Below, one piece after another: positions 1 through 10,023 of a DNA stretch of 64,000 nucleotides. Under the pieces are notes generated by a model, which was not told the DNA's origin, did no database searches, and saw nothing but the letters and a program-made list of their open reading frames with translations. Position numbers and translations under genes: made by a program. Each line of letters starts with the position of its first letter. Positions within the stretch are counted from its first letter, which is position 1. The stretch is from the NCBI GenBank assembly GCA_965204755.1, contig OZ242011.1, positions 64,001-128,000 of the forward strand, given 5' to 3'. This stretch comes from Candidatus Marinacidobacterium sp. Lineage in GTDB: Bacteria > Acidobacteriota > Vicinamibacteria > Marinacidobacterales > Marinacidobacteraceae.

Positions 1-2498
1 GGGCCGTCGGCCTCCGGTTCGACCGGGAGGACCTCCGCGCTCCACGCCTCCCCCGGCCCGCCGGGGATCAACTGGCCGGTGCGGATGCGGGCGATCCGGT
101 ACTCCGGGAGCGGCGCGAGGGCGAAGCAGCCGCCCGGGAACCGCGCCCCGCGCTCCGGGAACACGAAGTCGCGGTTCTCGAACCCGTGCCGCCGCCGGTC
201 ACCGGGAAGGGACTCGCGCGCCTCCGGGTAGATGTGCAGGAAGACCCTCGCGGCGGCGTCCTCCTCCGCGCAAGGTCGCTTCAGGTAGGCGAGCGCGCCC
301 CCGTCGAAGTAAGGGTCGAGGTAGAGATCGAACTCGGCCCGGACGGCCGGCTCGCCGCGGCTTCCGGAAGCGAAGGACTCGTAAGCGGAGGCGAGGCGCC
401 GGGAGGAAGGCCGCAACTCCGCGGACCAGATCTCCCCGCGGGCCTCCCCGCCCGCCGCGCCCCGTTGCCCGGTGCGGAGCCGGGCGATCTCGTACGGCGG
501 GAGCGGCGCCGGGGCGACGCAGCGCCCGGCGAGCAGGACGCCGTACCGCGTGAACGGGAAGTGGAGGTTGGCGAAGCCGTGCTCCCGGCGCGCGGCCGGG
601 AGCGCGCCGCGGTCGGCGGGATAGAGGTGGAGGAAGAACTCGTCCAGGAGGTCCTCTTCCGAGCAGGGCGACCGGTGGTAGGTGAGCGTGTCCCCGTCGA
701 GATAGAGATCGAACTCCCCGGCCGCCGCCGGTTCTCCCGCCGCGCCGGAGGCGATGGCGTCGAGCGCGGCCCGGAACCGGTCGGGCGGGTCGCGGTCGGG
801 CGGGTCGGCGGGCGCCCCGGTCGAGGGGTCGCCGGCGCGGCCCACCCGGAGCGCGATCCCGTCCGGGTACTCGGCCACCGGCGCGAGTCCGGGCGTCGCG
901 ACCAGCGCCGGAGGCGGCGTGAACCGGTAGGGCGGCTTCCGGCCGTCCCAGAACCACAGCACCGAAGCCCCCTCCTCCGCTTCCGGCAGCCACCTCTCCA
1001 GGCGCTCCTGCGGCGAGACGATCTCGCCGCTCCCGCCCCTCCGGGAGAGGTCGTAGAGCCCGGAGGGAAGCGGCCGGTACTTCCCGCTCCCGTCGGTGTG
1101 GAAGGCCGCCAGCGCCGGCAGGTTCGAATACACGGCGTCGCCGGGGGCGAAGTGTTCCCGGAGGTGGCGGAGCGTCTCGGAGCGCCGCCACCACGCGCCG
1201 CCGTAGCCGTTTTCGGGAATCGTCTCCGCGGAGTTCGCCCGGGCGACCGCCCGCGCCGTCGGCGCGACCTGTCCGAGCGCCCAGAACGCGGCGGCGGCGA
1301 AGGCGCCTCCGCGAAGGACCCGGAGGCCCCGGGAAGCCGGCGCCCGGTCGAGGAGGACGGCGACCGCGGCGAGCAGCGGCAGGTACGCCGGCGTCAGGTA
1401 CCGCCACTCCACGCCGTTCCAGGAGTTCCCGAGCAGGAGCGCCGCGACGAGCAGCGCGAGGTAGGCGAACGCGTACCCGCCGAAGACCGCCGCGGGGAGG
1501 AGGTCGCGCGCCCGCCCGGCCCCGCCCCCCTCGCCGCGCGCCGGCCGCCGCGCGCCCCAAGCCACCCCCCAAGTCCCGAGGACGACCGCGGAGGCCGCGC
1601 CGAGGAGGAGCAGGGGCCAAGTCCCGAAAACCGCGGTCCCGAAAACCGCCGTCCCGAAGTCCGCCGTCCCCCAACCCGCGACGCCTTCCGCGATGTCGCG
1701 GAGGAGCCCGAGCGGCGAGTAGTCCACCGGGCGCCGGTGCCCGGTCAGCGTCCCGACGAGCAGGAAGTTGCGCGCCAGCCAGAGGCCCATCGGCAGGCCC
1801 GCGATCCCGCAGAACACCAGGGCCCGTCTCAGCCGTTCGCCGAAGGCCGCGCCGGCGCCCGCGAAGAGCAGCAACCCTCCCCCCGCGGCGACCGCCGCCA
1901 CTCCCATGTACCGCGCCAGCAGGGCCAACGCGGCGAACGCTCCCGCGGCGAGCAGGTCCCTTCGGCGTCCGGCGCGCAGGACCGCTTCGATGCGGATCAG
2001 CGCCAGGGTGGTGAACAGCAGGAAGGGGGACTCGGAACGCGCGAACCAGGAGACCTCCGCCAGCGGCAGCGAGAGCGCCGCCGCCAGGGGCGCCCAAACC
2101 CGGAGGAACGGCGATCCCAGCCGGTCGCCGAGGAACCGGGCGGTGAAGAAGACGGCCAGTCCGAACGAGAGCGCCCCCAGCGGGCCGGCGACCGCGTAGG
2201 GGTCGAACCGTCCGAAGCCGAACGCGGCGAGGAACAGGGGGTAGAGCGGCGTCCACAGCGTGAACGGCCCGCCGTCGTGGTCCAGGAACCCCGCGCCGCC
2301 GAGCAGGTGGCGGGCGACGACGATGTAGTTCAGCCCGTCCCAGTCGAGCCCGACGCCGTAAGTCGCCTGCCGGGCCAGCACCAGGCCCGTTGCGAGCGCG
2401 CCGGCGAGCGCCGCGACCGCGACGGCGCCCCGTCCGGAACCCGGCCGCCGCGCCCGGGCCCCGGGCCCCGGCCCTATCCCCCTCGGCCGCCGACCCAC
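1..2498 (-). CDS. GT-C-like (PMT/ArnT-type) polytopic membrane protein with two C-terminal two-Cys domains; 3' end runs off the window
   Basis: Not in the ORF track because its stop lies outside the window. Manual translation from GTG 2498 gives LVLARQATYGVGLDWDGLNYIVVARHLLGGAGF..LWTPLYPLF, SESPFLLF, then EFDLYL..C..FFLHLYP..GFANLHF..C..LRTGQ..WSAE twice. Start and window-edge segments are in the same frame. Paralog of 9981-12584. Confidence 0.8.
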   Translation of the reverse strand, partial: MGRRPRGIGPGPGARARRPGSGRGAVAVAALAGALATGLVLARQATYGVGLDWDGLNYIVVARHLLGGAGFLDHDGGPFTLWTPLYPLFLAAFGFGRFDPYAVAGPLGALSFGLAVFFTARFLGDRLGSPFLRVWAPLAAALSLPLAEVSWFARSESPFLLFTTLALIRIEAVLRAGRRRDLLAAGAFAALALLARYMGVAAVAAGGGLLLFAGAGAAFGERLRRALVFCGIAGLPMGLWLARNFLLVGTLTGHRRPVDYSPLGLLRDIAEGVAGWGTADFGTAVFGTAVFGTWPLLLLGAASAVVLGTWGVAWGARRPARGEGGGAGRARDLLPAAVFGGYAFAYLALLVAALLLGNSWNGVEWRYLTPAYLPLLAAVAVLLDRAPASRGLRVLRGGAFAAAAFWALGQVAPTARAVARANSAETIPENGYGGAWWRRSETLRHLREHFAPGDAVYSNLPALAAFHTDGSGKYRPLPSGLYDLSRRGGSGEIVSPQERLERWLPEAEEGASVLWFWDGRKPPYRFTPPPALVATPGLAPVAEYPDGIALRVGRAGDPSTGAPADPPDRDPPDRFRAALDAIASGAAGEPAAAGEFDLYLDGDTLTYHRSPCSEEDLLDEFFLHLYPADRGALPAARREHGFANLHFPFTRYGVLLAGRCVAPAPLPPYEIARLRTGQRGAAGGEARGEIWSAELRPSSRRLASAYESFASGSRGEPAVRAEFDLYLDPYFDGGALAYLKRPCAEEDAAARVFLHIYPEARESLPGDRRRHGFENRDFVFPERGARFPGGCFALAPLPEYRIARIRTGQLIPGGPGEAWSAEVLPVEPEADG

Positions 2499-2720
2499 TG
2501 CCCGGCGCCGATCTTCAGGATCCGATCCGCCCCGCGCTGCGGGGAGTCGAAGTCCCGGTACGCGAAGTCCCGGTACGCGAAGTCCCGGTACGCGAAGTCC
2601 GAACAGGGAGATCGCGGCGCCGAAGATCCCGAACAGGCCCGACCGGACGCAGGAAGAACCGCCCGCTCACCGCGTCGGGAGCGCCCGGCTCCCGAAGGCC
2701 GGCCGAGGGCCGGCCCCCCG
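2474..2720 (-). pseudogene. Degenerate relic of the C-terminal domain of the 9981-12584 gene
   Basis: GSSAPRSPCSDFAYRDFAYRDFAYRDFDSPQRGA..IGAGQWVGGRG matches GSSAPRSPGPGFENRDFDFPQRGA..IRTGQWVSGRG. It has an internal deletion, a 15-bp triplication and no N-terminal part. Confidence 0.65.
2549..2600. repeat. 15-bp tandem repeat (GAAGTCCCGGTACGC) x3 plus partial copy
   Basis: Read directly from the sequence. Confidence 0.9.
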
Positions 2721-3114
2721 GAAGCCCGCGCTCCACCCGACCCGGGCGCCTCGCGCGCCCGTTCCGCGAAGGCGGCGGCCCCTTCCGGCGGGAGACCGTC
2801 TCCCGGGGGGACTTCCGCGCCGCCGACGCCGGTGGACGCCGCGCCTCCCGCGCGGCCCGGCGCTCGACTGCACCCTCGACCGGGCGCTCGACCGGGCGCT
2901 CGACCGGGCGATCCCGCCGTCGGGAAGCAGAACCATCGCGACCGGGATCGTACCGCCCCCTCCCGCCCGCCGGGGACGCCGCCCGTTCGGTCTCCGCGCG
3001 ACAGCGGCGGCCACGCGAGCCGGGATGCGATGCGACGGCGAAGAGAGCGGTCGGGGGCCGCGAGGAACCGACCGGCCGCATCGCCGGCGCAGGACACCCG
3101 ATCCGCGCGGGGCG

Positions 3115-3126
3115 GTGCGAAGATTC
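3115..3126 (+). promoter_or_regulatory. Conserved upstream motif GTGCGARRATTC, also at 4911, 6668 and 8365; possible extended -10 element of each ASST copy
   Basis: The motif recurs in all four otherwise variable ASST upstream regions. Function is inferred. Confidence 0.4.
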
Positions 3127-3208
3127 CCGGCGGCCGGCGCCGCGACGCCCCTCCGGGTCCCCGGGTCGGCCCGCCGCGGCCGAAAACAGCGCCGGACGCA
3201 TCCCCCGC

Positions 3209-4747
3209 ATGATCCACCCCGCGTCCCTGATCCTCGGGCTGACCGCGACCGCTGCCCTCTCCGCCCCCCTTCCCCGCCTCGAGTCGCTCACGGTCTCCGT
3301 CGCCGGCGGGGAGGAGGGGGCAGCCCGGCGGGCGTGGGGCGCCGCGGAACCGCCGAAGGGCCTGCGACCGGACTTCGACCCGGAGACCTTCCACTACGCC
3401 GTTCGCTGCAGTGACCCGGAAACACTCTCGGTTTCCGGCGCGGCAGCCGGCGATACCGCGACGGTAACCCTGAACGGGGCGCCGGTTCCCCGGAGGTTCG
3501 GGGAGCGGGAAGTCGTCCTCCGGCACGACCAGGACCTGGCGATCGTGGTCTCGGACGGCGGGGACTCCGCCACCTACGCGGTCCACTGCGTGGGCCTCGA
3601 CTTCCCGCGGGTCTGGACGGTGGGCCGGGCGCCGGGGCGCCGGGACGGCCTGCTGCTCGTGGATCCGACCTACATGGGGGAGGACGGAGTGGAAGTGAGC
3701 CACATCGCCATCCTCGACGACAACGGCGTCCCCCGGTTCCACCGGCGGATTCCCGGATGGGTCTTCAACTTCCGCTGGCACGCCGCGCACCGGATGTACT
3801 CGTACAACCGCACGGTGTGGCGCGATACGGAATTCGGCGAGGCCGTGCTGCTCGACGAGCGCCTGCGCCCGGTCGCGCGGCCCGAACCGGTGGGACTCCG
3901 TTGGGCGGACCATCACGACTTCCTGCTCACCGACGAGGGGAACTACCTGTTCGTGGTGCAGGAGCCGACCGAGCGGGATATGAGCCCCTACCCCGACCCG
4001 GACGGGGAGTTCCCCTACTCGACGGCCGAGCCCACCGTGGATTCGGTCATCCAGGAAGTCTCCCCGGAGGGAGAGGTCCTGTTCCAGTGGAACTCGTGGG
4101 GGAAGGACGACGGAAACGGCCGCCCCATCCGGATCGCCGACTGCTGGGGGGCGCCGTGGCTCCCCGCGGGGTACGCGCACCTGAACTCCCTGTTCCTGGT
4201 GGACGGCGACATCGTGGCCTCGTTCCGGGCGTGCGCCCTGGCGCTGAAGATCGAGCGCCCTTCCGGCCGCGTCCTCTGGCAACTCGGAGGCTCGCCGCCG
4301 GCGGTCCCCGACGGGCGGATCCACTACCCCATCGTCGGCGACCCCGAACCGACGGGCTTTTGCGGCCAGCACACCGCCATCGAGAGTCCTCCCGGCGTGG
4401 TAACGCTGTTCGACAACCGTTTCCGCTGCCCGGGGGACGACGACGGGCCGGCGCCCGAGCGGGGCGCGCGCGTCGTCCAGTACCGCCTGGACGGGGACGA
4501 GGCCGTCTTCCTCCGCGAGTACCGCGGTCTCCACGGGAGCCCCGTCGCCGGCGCGGTCCAACTTCTCGAACGGGAGACCTGGCTGATCACTTGGGGACAT
4601 GGCGGCGACCGACCCGATACCGGAGCGATCGAAGTGGACAACGCCGGGCGAGTGGTGTTCGCCGTCGCCCTCCGCGGGAGATACCGCGCGCACCTCTACC
4701 GGGCCTACCGGGAGTACGGGCTGCGCGTGCCGCTGAACCTCCCGTAA
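3209..4747 (+). CDS. Secreted arylsulfate sulfotransferase (ASST) with N-terminal cadherin-like beta-sandwich, copy 1
   Basis: Signal peptide MIHPASLILGLTATAALSA; LRPDFDPETFHYAV..VTLNG..IVVSDG..TYAVH cadherin-like pattern; ASST motifs DHHDF, IQEV..GEVLFQWNS, AHLNS, SFR, LWQLGG, GQH, LFDN. True ATG at 3209 lies inside track ORF 2390..4747. Confidence 0.85.
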   Translation: MIHPASLILGLTATAALSAPLPRLESLTVSVAGGEEGAARRAWGAAEPPKGLRPDFDPETFHYAVRCSDPETLSVSGAAAGDTATVTLNGAPVPRRFGEREVVLRHDQDLAIVVSDGGDSATYAVHCVGLDFPRVWTVGRAPGRRDGLLLVDPTYMGEDGVEVSHIAILDDNGVPRFHRRIPGWVFNFRWHAAHRMYSYNRTVWRDTEFGEAVLLDERLRPVARPEPVGLRWADHHDFLLTDEGNYLFVVQEPTERDMSPYPDPDGEFPYSTAEPTVDSVIQEVSPEGEVLFQWNSWGKDDGNGRPIRIADCWGAPWLPAGYAHLNSLFLVDGDIVASFRACALALKIERPSGRVLWQLGGSPPAVPDGRIHYPIVGDPEPTGFCGQHTAIESPPGVVTLFDNRFRCPGDDDGPAPERGARVVQYRLDGDEAVFLREYRGLHGSPVAGAVQLLERETWLITWGHGGDRPDTGAIEVDNAGRVVFAVALRGRYRAHLYRAYREYGLRVPLNLP

Positions 4748-5044
4748 ACGCCCGCGGAACGCTCCGGGGCGTCGCCGGGACGCGAAGAGCGGACACCCTT
4801 CGCTTCCAAGTTCCCGGATGGCGGGAAGGGCCGCGACCGCGACTACGACCACGACCGCCGCGGCGCCTCGGCCGGCGCCCTGGCCGGCGCCGGTCCGCGT
4901 GAAACCGGTCGTGCGAAAATTCTCGTTGGCCGGGGCAGCGACGCCCCCCTCCCCCTCCCTTGTCCCCGGGTCGGACGACCGCGACCGGGAGCGGCGCCGT
5001 CCGCCGCCGGGCCTCGATCCGCGCGCCCCGGAACCATCCCCCGC

Positions 5045-6592
5045 ATGTTCCACCCCGCGTCCCCGATCCTCGCGCTGACCGCGGCCGCTGCCCTCTCCGC
5101 CCCCCTTCCCCGCCTCGAGTCGCTCACGGTCTCCGTCGCCGAGGGGGGGGAGGAGGGGGCAGCCCGGCGGGCCTGGGGCGCCGCGGAACCGCCGAGGCGC
5201 CTGCAACCGGACTTCGACCCGGAGACCTTCCACTACGCCGTTCGCTGCAGTGACCCGGAAACGCTCTCGGTTTCGGGCGCGGCAGCCGGCGATACCGCGT
5301 CGGTAACCCTGAACGGGGCGCCGGTCCCCCGGAGGTTCGGGGAGCGGGAAGTCGTCCTCCGGCACGACCAGGACCTGGCGATCGTGGTCTCGGACGGCGG
5401 GGACTCCGCCACCTACGCGGTCCACTGCGTGGGCCTCGACTTCCCCCGGGTCTGGACGGTGGGCCGGGCGCCGGGGCGCCGGGACGGCCTGCTGCTGGTG
5501 GATCCGACCTATATGGGGGAGGACGGAGAGGAGGTGAGCCACATCGCCATCCTCGACGACAACGGCGTCCCCCGGTTCCACCGGCGGGTTCCCGGCGAGG
5601 TCTTCAACTTTCGCCGGCACGCCGCGCACCGGATGTATTCCTACAGCAGCGAACGGCTCGACCCGCCGTTCGACGAAGTGGTGCTGCTCGACGAGCGCCT
5701 CGACCCGGTGGCGCGGCCGGCGCCCGTCGGGCTCCACTCCGCCGACACCCACGACTTCCTGCTCACCGACGAGGGGAACTACCTGTTCATCGCGTACGAG
5801 CCGGCCGAGCGGGACCTGAGCCCCTACCCCGACCCGGACGGGGAGTTCCCCTACTCGACCGCCGAGCCGACCCGGGACTCCGTGATCCAGGAAGTCTCCC
5901 CGGAGGGGGAGGTCCTGTTCCAGTGGAACTCGTGGGGGAAGGACGACGGAAACGGCCGCCCGATCCGGATCGCCGACTGCCGGTGGGGGGACAACTGGCC
6001 CCGGGAGTGGGCGCACCTGAACTCCCTCTTCCTGGTGGACGGCGACATCGTGGCCTCGTTCCGGGGGTGTTCCCAGGTGCTCAAGATCGAGCGCCCTTCC
6101 GGCCGGGTCCTCTGGCAACTCGGAGGGTCGCCGCCGGCGGTCCCCGACGGGCGGATCCACTACACGATCGTCGGCGACCCCGAACCGGAGGGCTTCTGCG
6201 GCCAGCACACGGCGATCGAGAGTCCTCCGGGCGTGGTGACGCTGTTCGACAACCGGGCCGCCTGCCCGGGAACGACCCCGCGCGGCGGAGCGGGCCCCGG
6301 CCGAGGCGGGGCGCGCGTCGTCGAGTACCGGCTGGACGGGGACGAGGCCGTCTTCTCCCGGGAGTACCGGGGTCTCCACGGGAGTTACGCCCGCGGCGCG
6401 GTCCAACTCCTCGAACGCGGAGGATGGCTGATCACCTGGGGAGTCGGCCGCGAGGGGCCGGATACCGGCGCGATCGAAGTGGACCGCGCCGGACGGGTGG
6501 TGTTCGCCGTCGCCCTCCGCGGGAGATACCGCGCCCACCTCTACCGGGCCTACCGGGAATACGGGCTGCGCGCGCCGCTGAATCTCCCGTAA
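5045..6592 (+). CDS. Arylsulfate sulfotransferase + cadherin-like domain, copy 2
   Basis: 515-aa intact paralog with the same motifs. Confidence 0.85.
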   Translation: MFHPASPILALTAAAALSAPLPRLESLTVSVAEGGEEGAARRAWGAAEPPRRLQPDFDPETFHYAVRCSDPETLSVSGAAAGDTASVTLNGAPVPRRFGEREVVLRHDQDLAIVVSDGGDSATYAVHCVGLDFPRVWTVGRAPGRRDGLLLVDPTYMGEDGEEVSHIAILDDNGVPRFHRRVPGEVFNFRRHAAHRMYSYSSERLDPPFDEVVLLDERLDPVARPAPVGLHSADTHDFLLTDEGNYLFIAYEPAERDLSPYPDPDGEFPYSTAEPTRDSVIQEVSPEGEVLFQWNSWGKDDGNGRPIRIADCRWGDNWPREWAHLNSLFLVDGDIVASFRGCSQVLKIERPSGRVLWQLGGSPPAVPDGRIHYTIVGDPEPEGFCGQHTAIESPPGVVTLFDNRAACPGTTPRGGAGPGRGGARVVEYRLDGDEAVFSREYRGLHGSYARGAVQLLERGGWLITWGVGREGPDTGAIEVDRAGRVVFAVALRGRYRAHLYRAYREYGLRAPLNLP

Positions 6593-6720
6593 CGGCCCGC
6601 GACCCGCTCCGCCGGCGAACGGGGCGGAGGTATCGCGAAGACGAACGGCGCCGGGCCGCGCGCGGCGGTGCGAGAATTCTCGTCGGCCGGCGCCGCGCGC
6701 GCCCCGGAAGCATCCCCCGC

Positions 6721-8279
6721 ATGACCCACCCCGCGTCCCTGATCCTCGGGCTGACCGCGGCCGCGGCCCTCTCCGCCCCCCTGCCCCGCCTCGAGTCGCT
6801 CACGGTCTCCGTCACCGAAGGGGGGGGGGGGGGGGGGGGGCAGCCCGACGAGCGTGGGGCGCGGCAGAACCGCCGAAGCGCCTGCAACCGGACTTCGACC
6901 CGGAGACCTTCCACTACGCCGTTCGCTGCAGTGACCCGGAAACGCTGTCGGTTTCCGGCGCGGCCGCCGGAAGTACGGCGACAGTCACCCTGAACGGGGC
7001 GCCGGTCCCCCGGAGGTTCGAAGAGCGGGAAGTCGTCCTCCGGCACGACCAGGACCTGGCGATCGTGGTCGCGGACGGCGGGGACTCCGCCACCTACGCG
7101 GTCCACTGCGTGGGCCTCGACTTCCCGCGGGTCTGGACGGTGGGCCGGGAGCCGGGGCGCCGGGACGGCCTGCTGCTGGTGGATCCGACCTACATGGATG
7201 AGGACGAAGGGGAGGTGAGCCACATCGCCATCCTCGACGACAACGGCGTCCCCCGGTTCCACCGGCGGATTCCCGGTTGGGTCTTCAACTTTCGCTGGCA
7301 CGCCGCGCACCGGATGTATTCCTACTACCGCGAAGTGCGGAGCGACCCGCCGTTCGGCGAGGTGGTGCTGCTCGACGAACGCCTCGACCCGGTGGCGCGG
7401 CCGGAGCCGGTGGGCCTCCCCTACCCGGACCAGCACGACTTCCTGCTCACCGACGAGGGGAACTACCTGTTCGTGGTGTTCGAGCCGGTCGAGCGGGACC
7501 TGAGCCCCTACCCCGACCGGGACGGGGAGTTCCCCTTCTCGACGGCCGAGTTGACCGTCGACTATGTGATCCAGGAAGTCTCCCCCGACGGGGAGGTCCT
7601 GTTCCAGTGGAACTCGTGGGGGAAGGAAGACGGGGCCCCCGCCATCCGGGTCGCCGACTGCGTGTGGAGGAATCGGCGGCCGCGGGCGTGGGCGCACCTG
7701 AACTCCCTCTTCCTGGCGGACGGCGACATCGTGGCCTCGTTCCGGGGGTGTTCCCAGGTGCTCAAGATCGAGCGCCCCTCCGGCCGGGTCCTCTGGCAAC
7801 TCGGAGGGTCGCCGCCGGCGGTCCCCGACGGGCGGATCCACTACACGATCGTCGGCGACCCCGAACCGGAGGGCTTCTGCGGCCAGCACACCGCGATCGA
7901 GAGTCCCCCCGGCGTGGTCACCCTGTTCGACAACCGCGTCCTCTGCCTGGCGGACCCTCCCGGGTGGTGGGAATCTCCCGCGGCGTCGAGGCGGGGCGCG
8001 CGCGTCGTCCAGTACCGCCTGGACGGGGACGAGGCCATCTTCCTCCGCGAATACCGCGGTCTCCACGGGAGCACCGCCGCCGGCGCGGTCCAACTGCTCG
8101 AACGGGGACGATGGCTGATCACCTGGGGGCACGGCCGCAACCGACCGGATACCGGCGCGATCGAAGTGGACCGCGCCGGACGAGTGGTGTTCGCCGTCGC
8201 CCTCCGCGGGAGATACCGCGCCCACCTCTACCGGGCCTACCGGGAATACGGGCTGCGCGCGCCGCTGAATCTCCCGTAA
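6721..8279 (+). CDS. Arylsulfate sulfotransferase copy 3, frameshifted at G21
   Basis: ATG 6721 (MTHPASLILGL). The frame breaks at poly-G 6820-6840 and the remainder is in the frame of ORF 7065..8279. G19 or G22 restores it. Confidence 0.8.
6820..6840 (+). repeat. Poly-G tract (G21)
   Basis: Counted in sequence. Confidence 0.9.
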
Positions 8280-8458
8280 CGACCCGCGAAGGGCGCCGGG
8301 CGTCGAGGGGACGCGAAGCCGGCCGTATCGCCGGCGCATGACCGACGCCGGTCCGCGCTCGGCGGTGCGAGAATTCCCGGCGGCCGGCGCCGCGACGCCC
8401 CTCCGGGTCGCCGGGTCGGCCCGCCGCGACCGAAAACAGCGCCGCACGCGTCCCCCGC

Positions 8459-10023
8459 ATGATCCACCCCGCGTCCCCGATCCTCGCGCTGACCGCGGCC
8501 GCCGCCCTCTCCGCCCCCTTTCCCCGCCTCGAGTCGCTCACGGTCTCCGTCACCGAAGGGGGGGGGGGGGGGGGGGGGCAGCCCGACGAGCGTGGGGCGC
8601 GGCAGAACCGCCGAAGCGCCTGCAACCGGATTTCGACCCGGAGACCTTCCACTACGCCGTTCGCTGCGATGACCCGGAAACGCTCTCGGTTTCCGGCGCG
8701 GCCGCCGGAAGCACCGCGACGGTAACCCTGAACGGGGCGCCGGTCCCCCGGAGTTTCGAAGAGCGGGAAGTCGTCCTCCGGCATGACCAGGACCTGGCGA
8801 TCGTGGTCTCGGACGGCGGGGATTCCGCCACCTACGCGGTCCACTGCGTGGGCCTCGACTTCCCCCGGGTCTGGACGGTGGGCCGGGAGCCGGGGCGCCG
8901 GGACGGTCTGCTGCTCGTGGATCCGATCTATATGTGGGAGGACGGAGAGGAAGTGAGCCACATCGCCATCCTCGACGACAACGGAGTCCCCCGGTTCCAC
9001 CGGCGGGTTCCCGGTTGGGTCTTCAACTTTCGCTGGCACGCGGCGCACCGGATGTATTCCTACAACCGCCAAGTGCGGAGCGACCCGCCGTTCAGCGAGG
9101 TGGTGCTGCTCGACGAGCGCCTCGACCCGGTGGCGCGGCCGGAGCCGGTGGGCCTCCACCACCCGGACCAGCACGACTTCCTGCTCACCGACGAGGGGAA
9201 CTACCTGTTCGTGGTGTTCGAGCCGGTCGAGCGGGACCTGAGTCCCTACCCCGACCGGGACGCGGAGTTCCCCTTCTCGACGGCCGAGTTGACCGTCGAC
9301 TATGTGATCCAGGAAGTCTCCCCCGACGGGGAGGTCCTGTTCCAGTGGAACTCGTGGGGGAAGGAAGACGGGGCCCCCGCCATCCGGGTCGCCGACTGCG
9401 TGTGGACGAATCGGCGGCCGCGGGCGTGGGGGTGGGCGCACCTGAACTCCCTCTTCCTGGCGGACGGCGACATCGTGGCCTCCTTCCGGGGGTGTTCCCA
9501 GGTGCTCAAGATCGAGCGCCCCTCCGGCCGGGTCCTCTGGCAACTCGGAGGGTCGCCGCCGGCGGTCCCCGACGGGCGGATCCACTACACCATCGTCGGC
9601 GACCCCGAACCGGAGGGCTTCTGCGGCCAGCACACCGCCATCGAGAGCCCTCCCGGCGTCGTAACGCTGTTCGACAACCGCGTCCTCTGCCTGGCGGACC
9701 CTCCCGGGTGGTGGGAATCTCCCGCGGCGTCGAGGCGGGGCGCGCGCGTCGTCCAGTACCGCCTGGACGGGGACGAGGCCATCTTCCTCCGCGAATACCG
9801 CGGTCTCCACGGGAGCACCACCGCCGGCGCGGTCCAACTGCTCGAACGGGGACGATGGCTGATCACTTGGGGAAACGGCCGCAACCGGCCGGATACCGGC
9901 GCGGTCGAAGTGGACGACGCCGGACGGGTGGTGTTCGCCGTGGCCCTCCGCGGGAGATACCGCGCGCACCTCTACCGGGCCTACCGGGAATACGGGCTGC
10001 GCGTGCCGCTGAATCTCCCGTAA
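8459..10023 (+). CDS. Arylsulfate sulfotransferase copy 4, frameshifted at G21
   Basis: ATG 8459 (ORF 8459..8725) joins the frame of ORF 8338..10023 at poly-G 8558-8578. Closest to copy 3. Confidence 0.8.
8558..8578 (+). repeat. Poly-G tract (G21)
   Basis: Counted in sequence; same position in the gene as in copy 3. Confidence 0.9.

Noticed and set aside
2549-2910. CRISPR-like short repeats
   Set aside because: These are contiguous 12-15 bp tandem units with no spacers, and no cas genes are present.
3209-10023. Diversity-generating retroelement behind the ASST or GT-C variable regions
   Set aside because: There is no reverse transcriptase in the window. The variation includes indels, is spread across whole-gene duplicates and is not adenine-specific.
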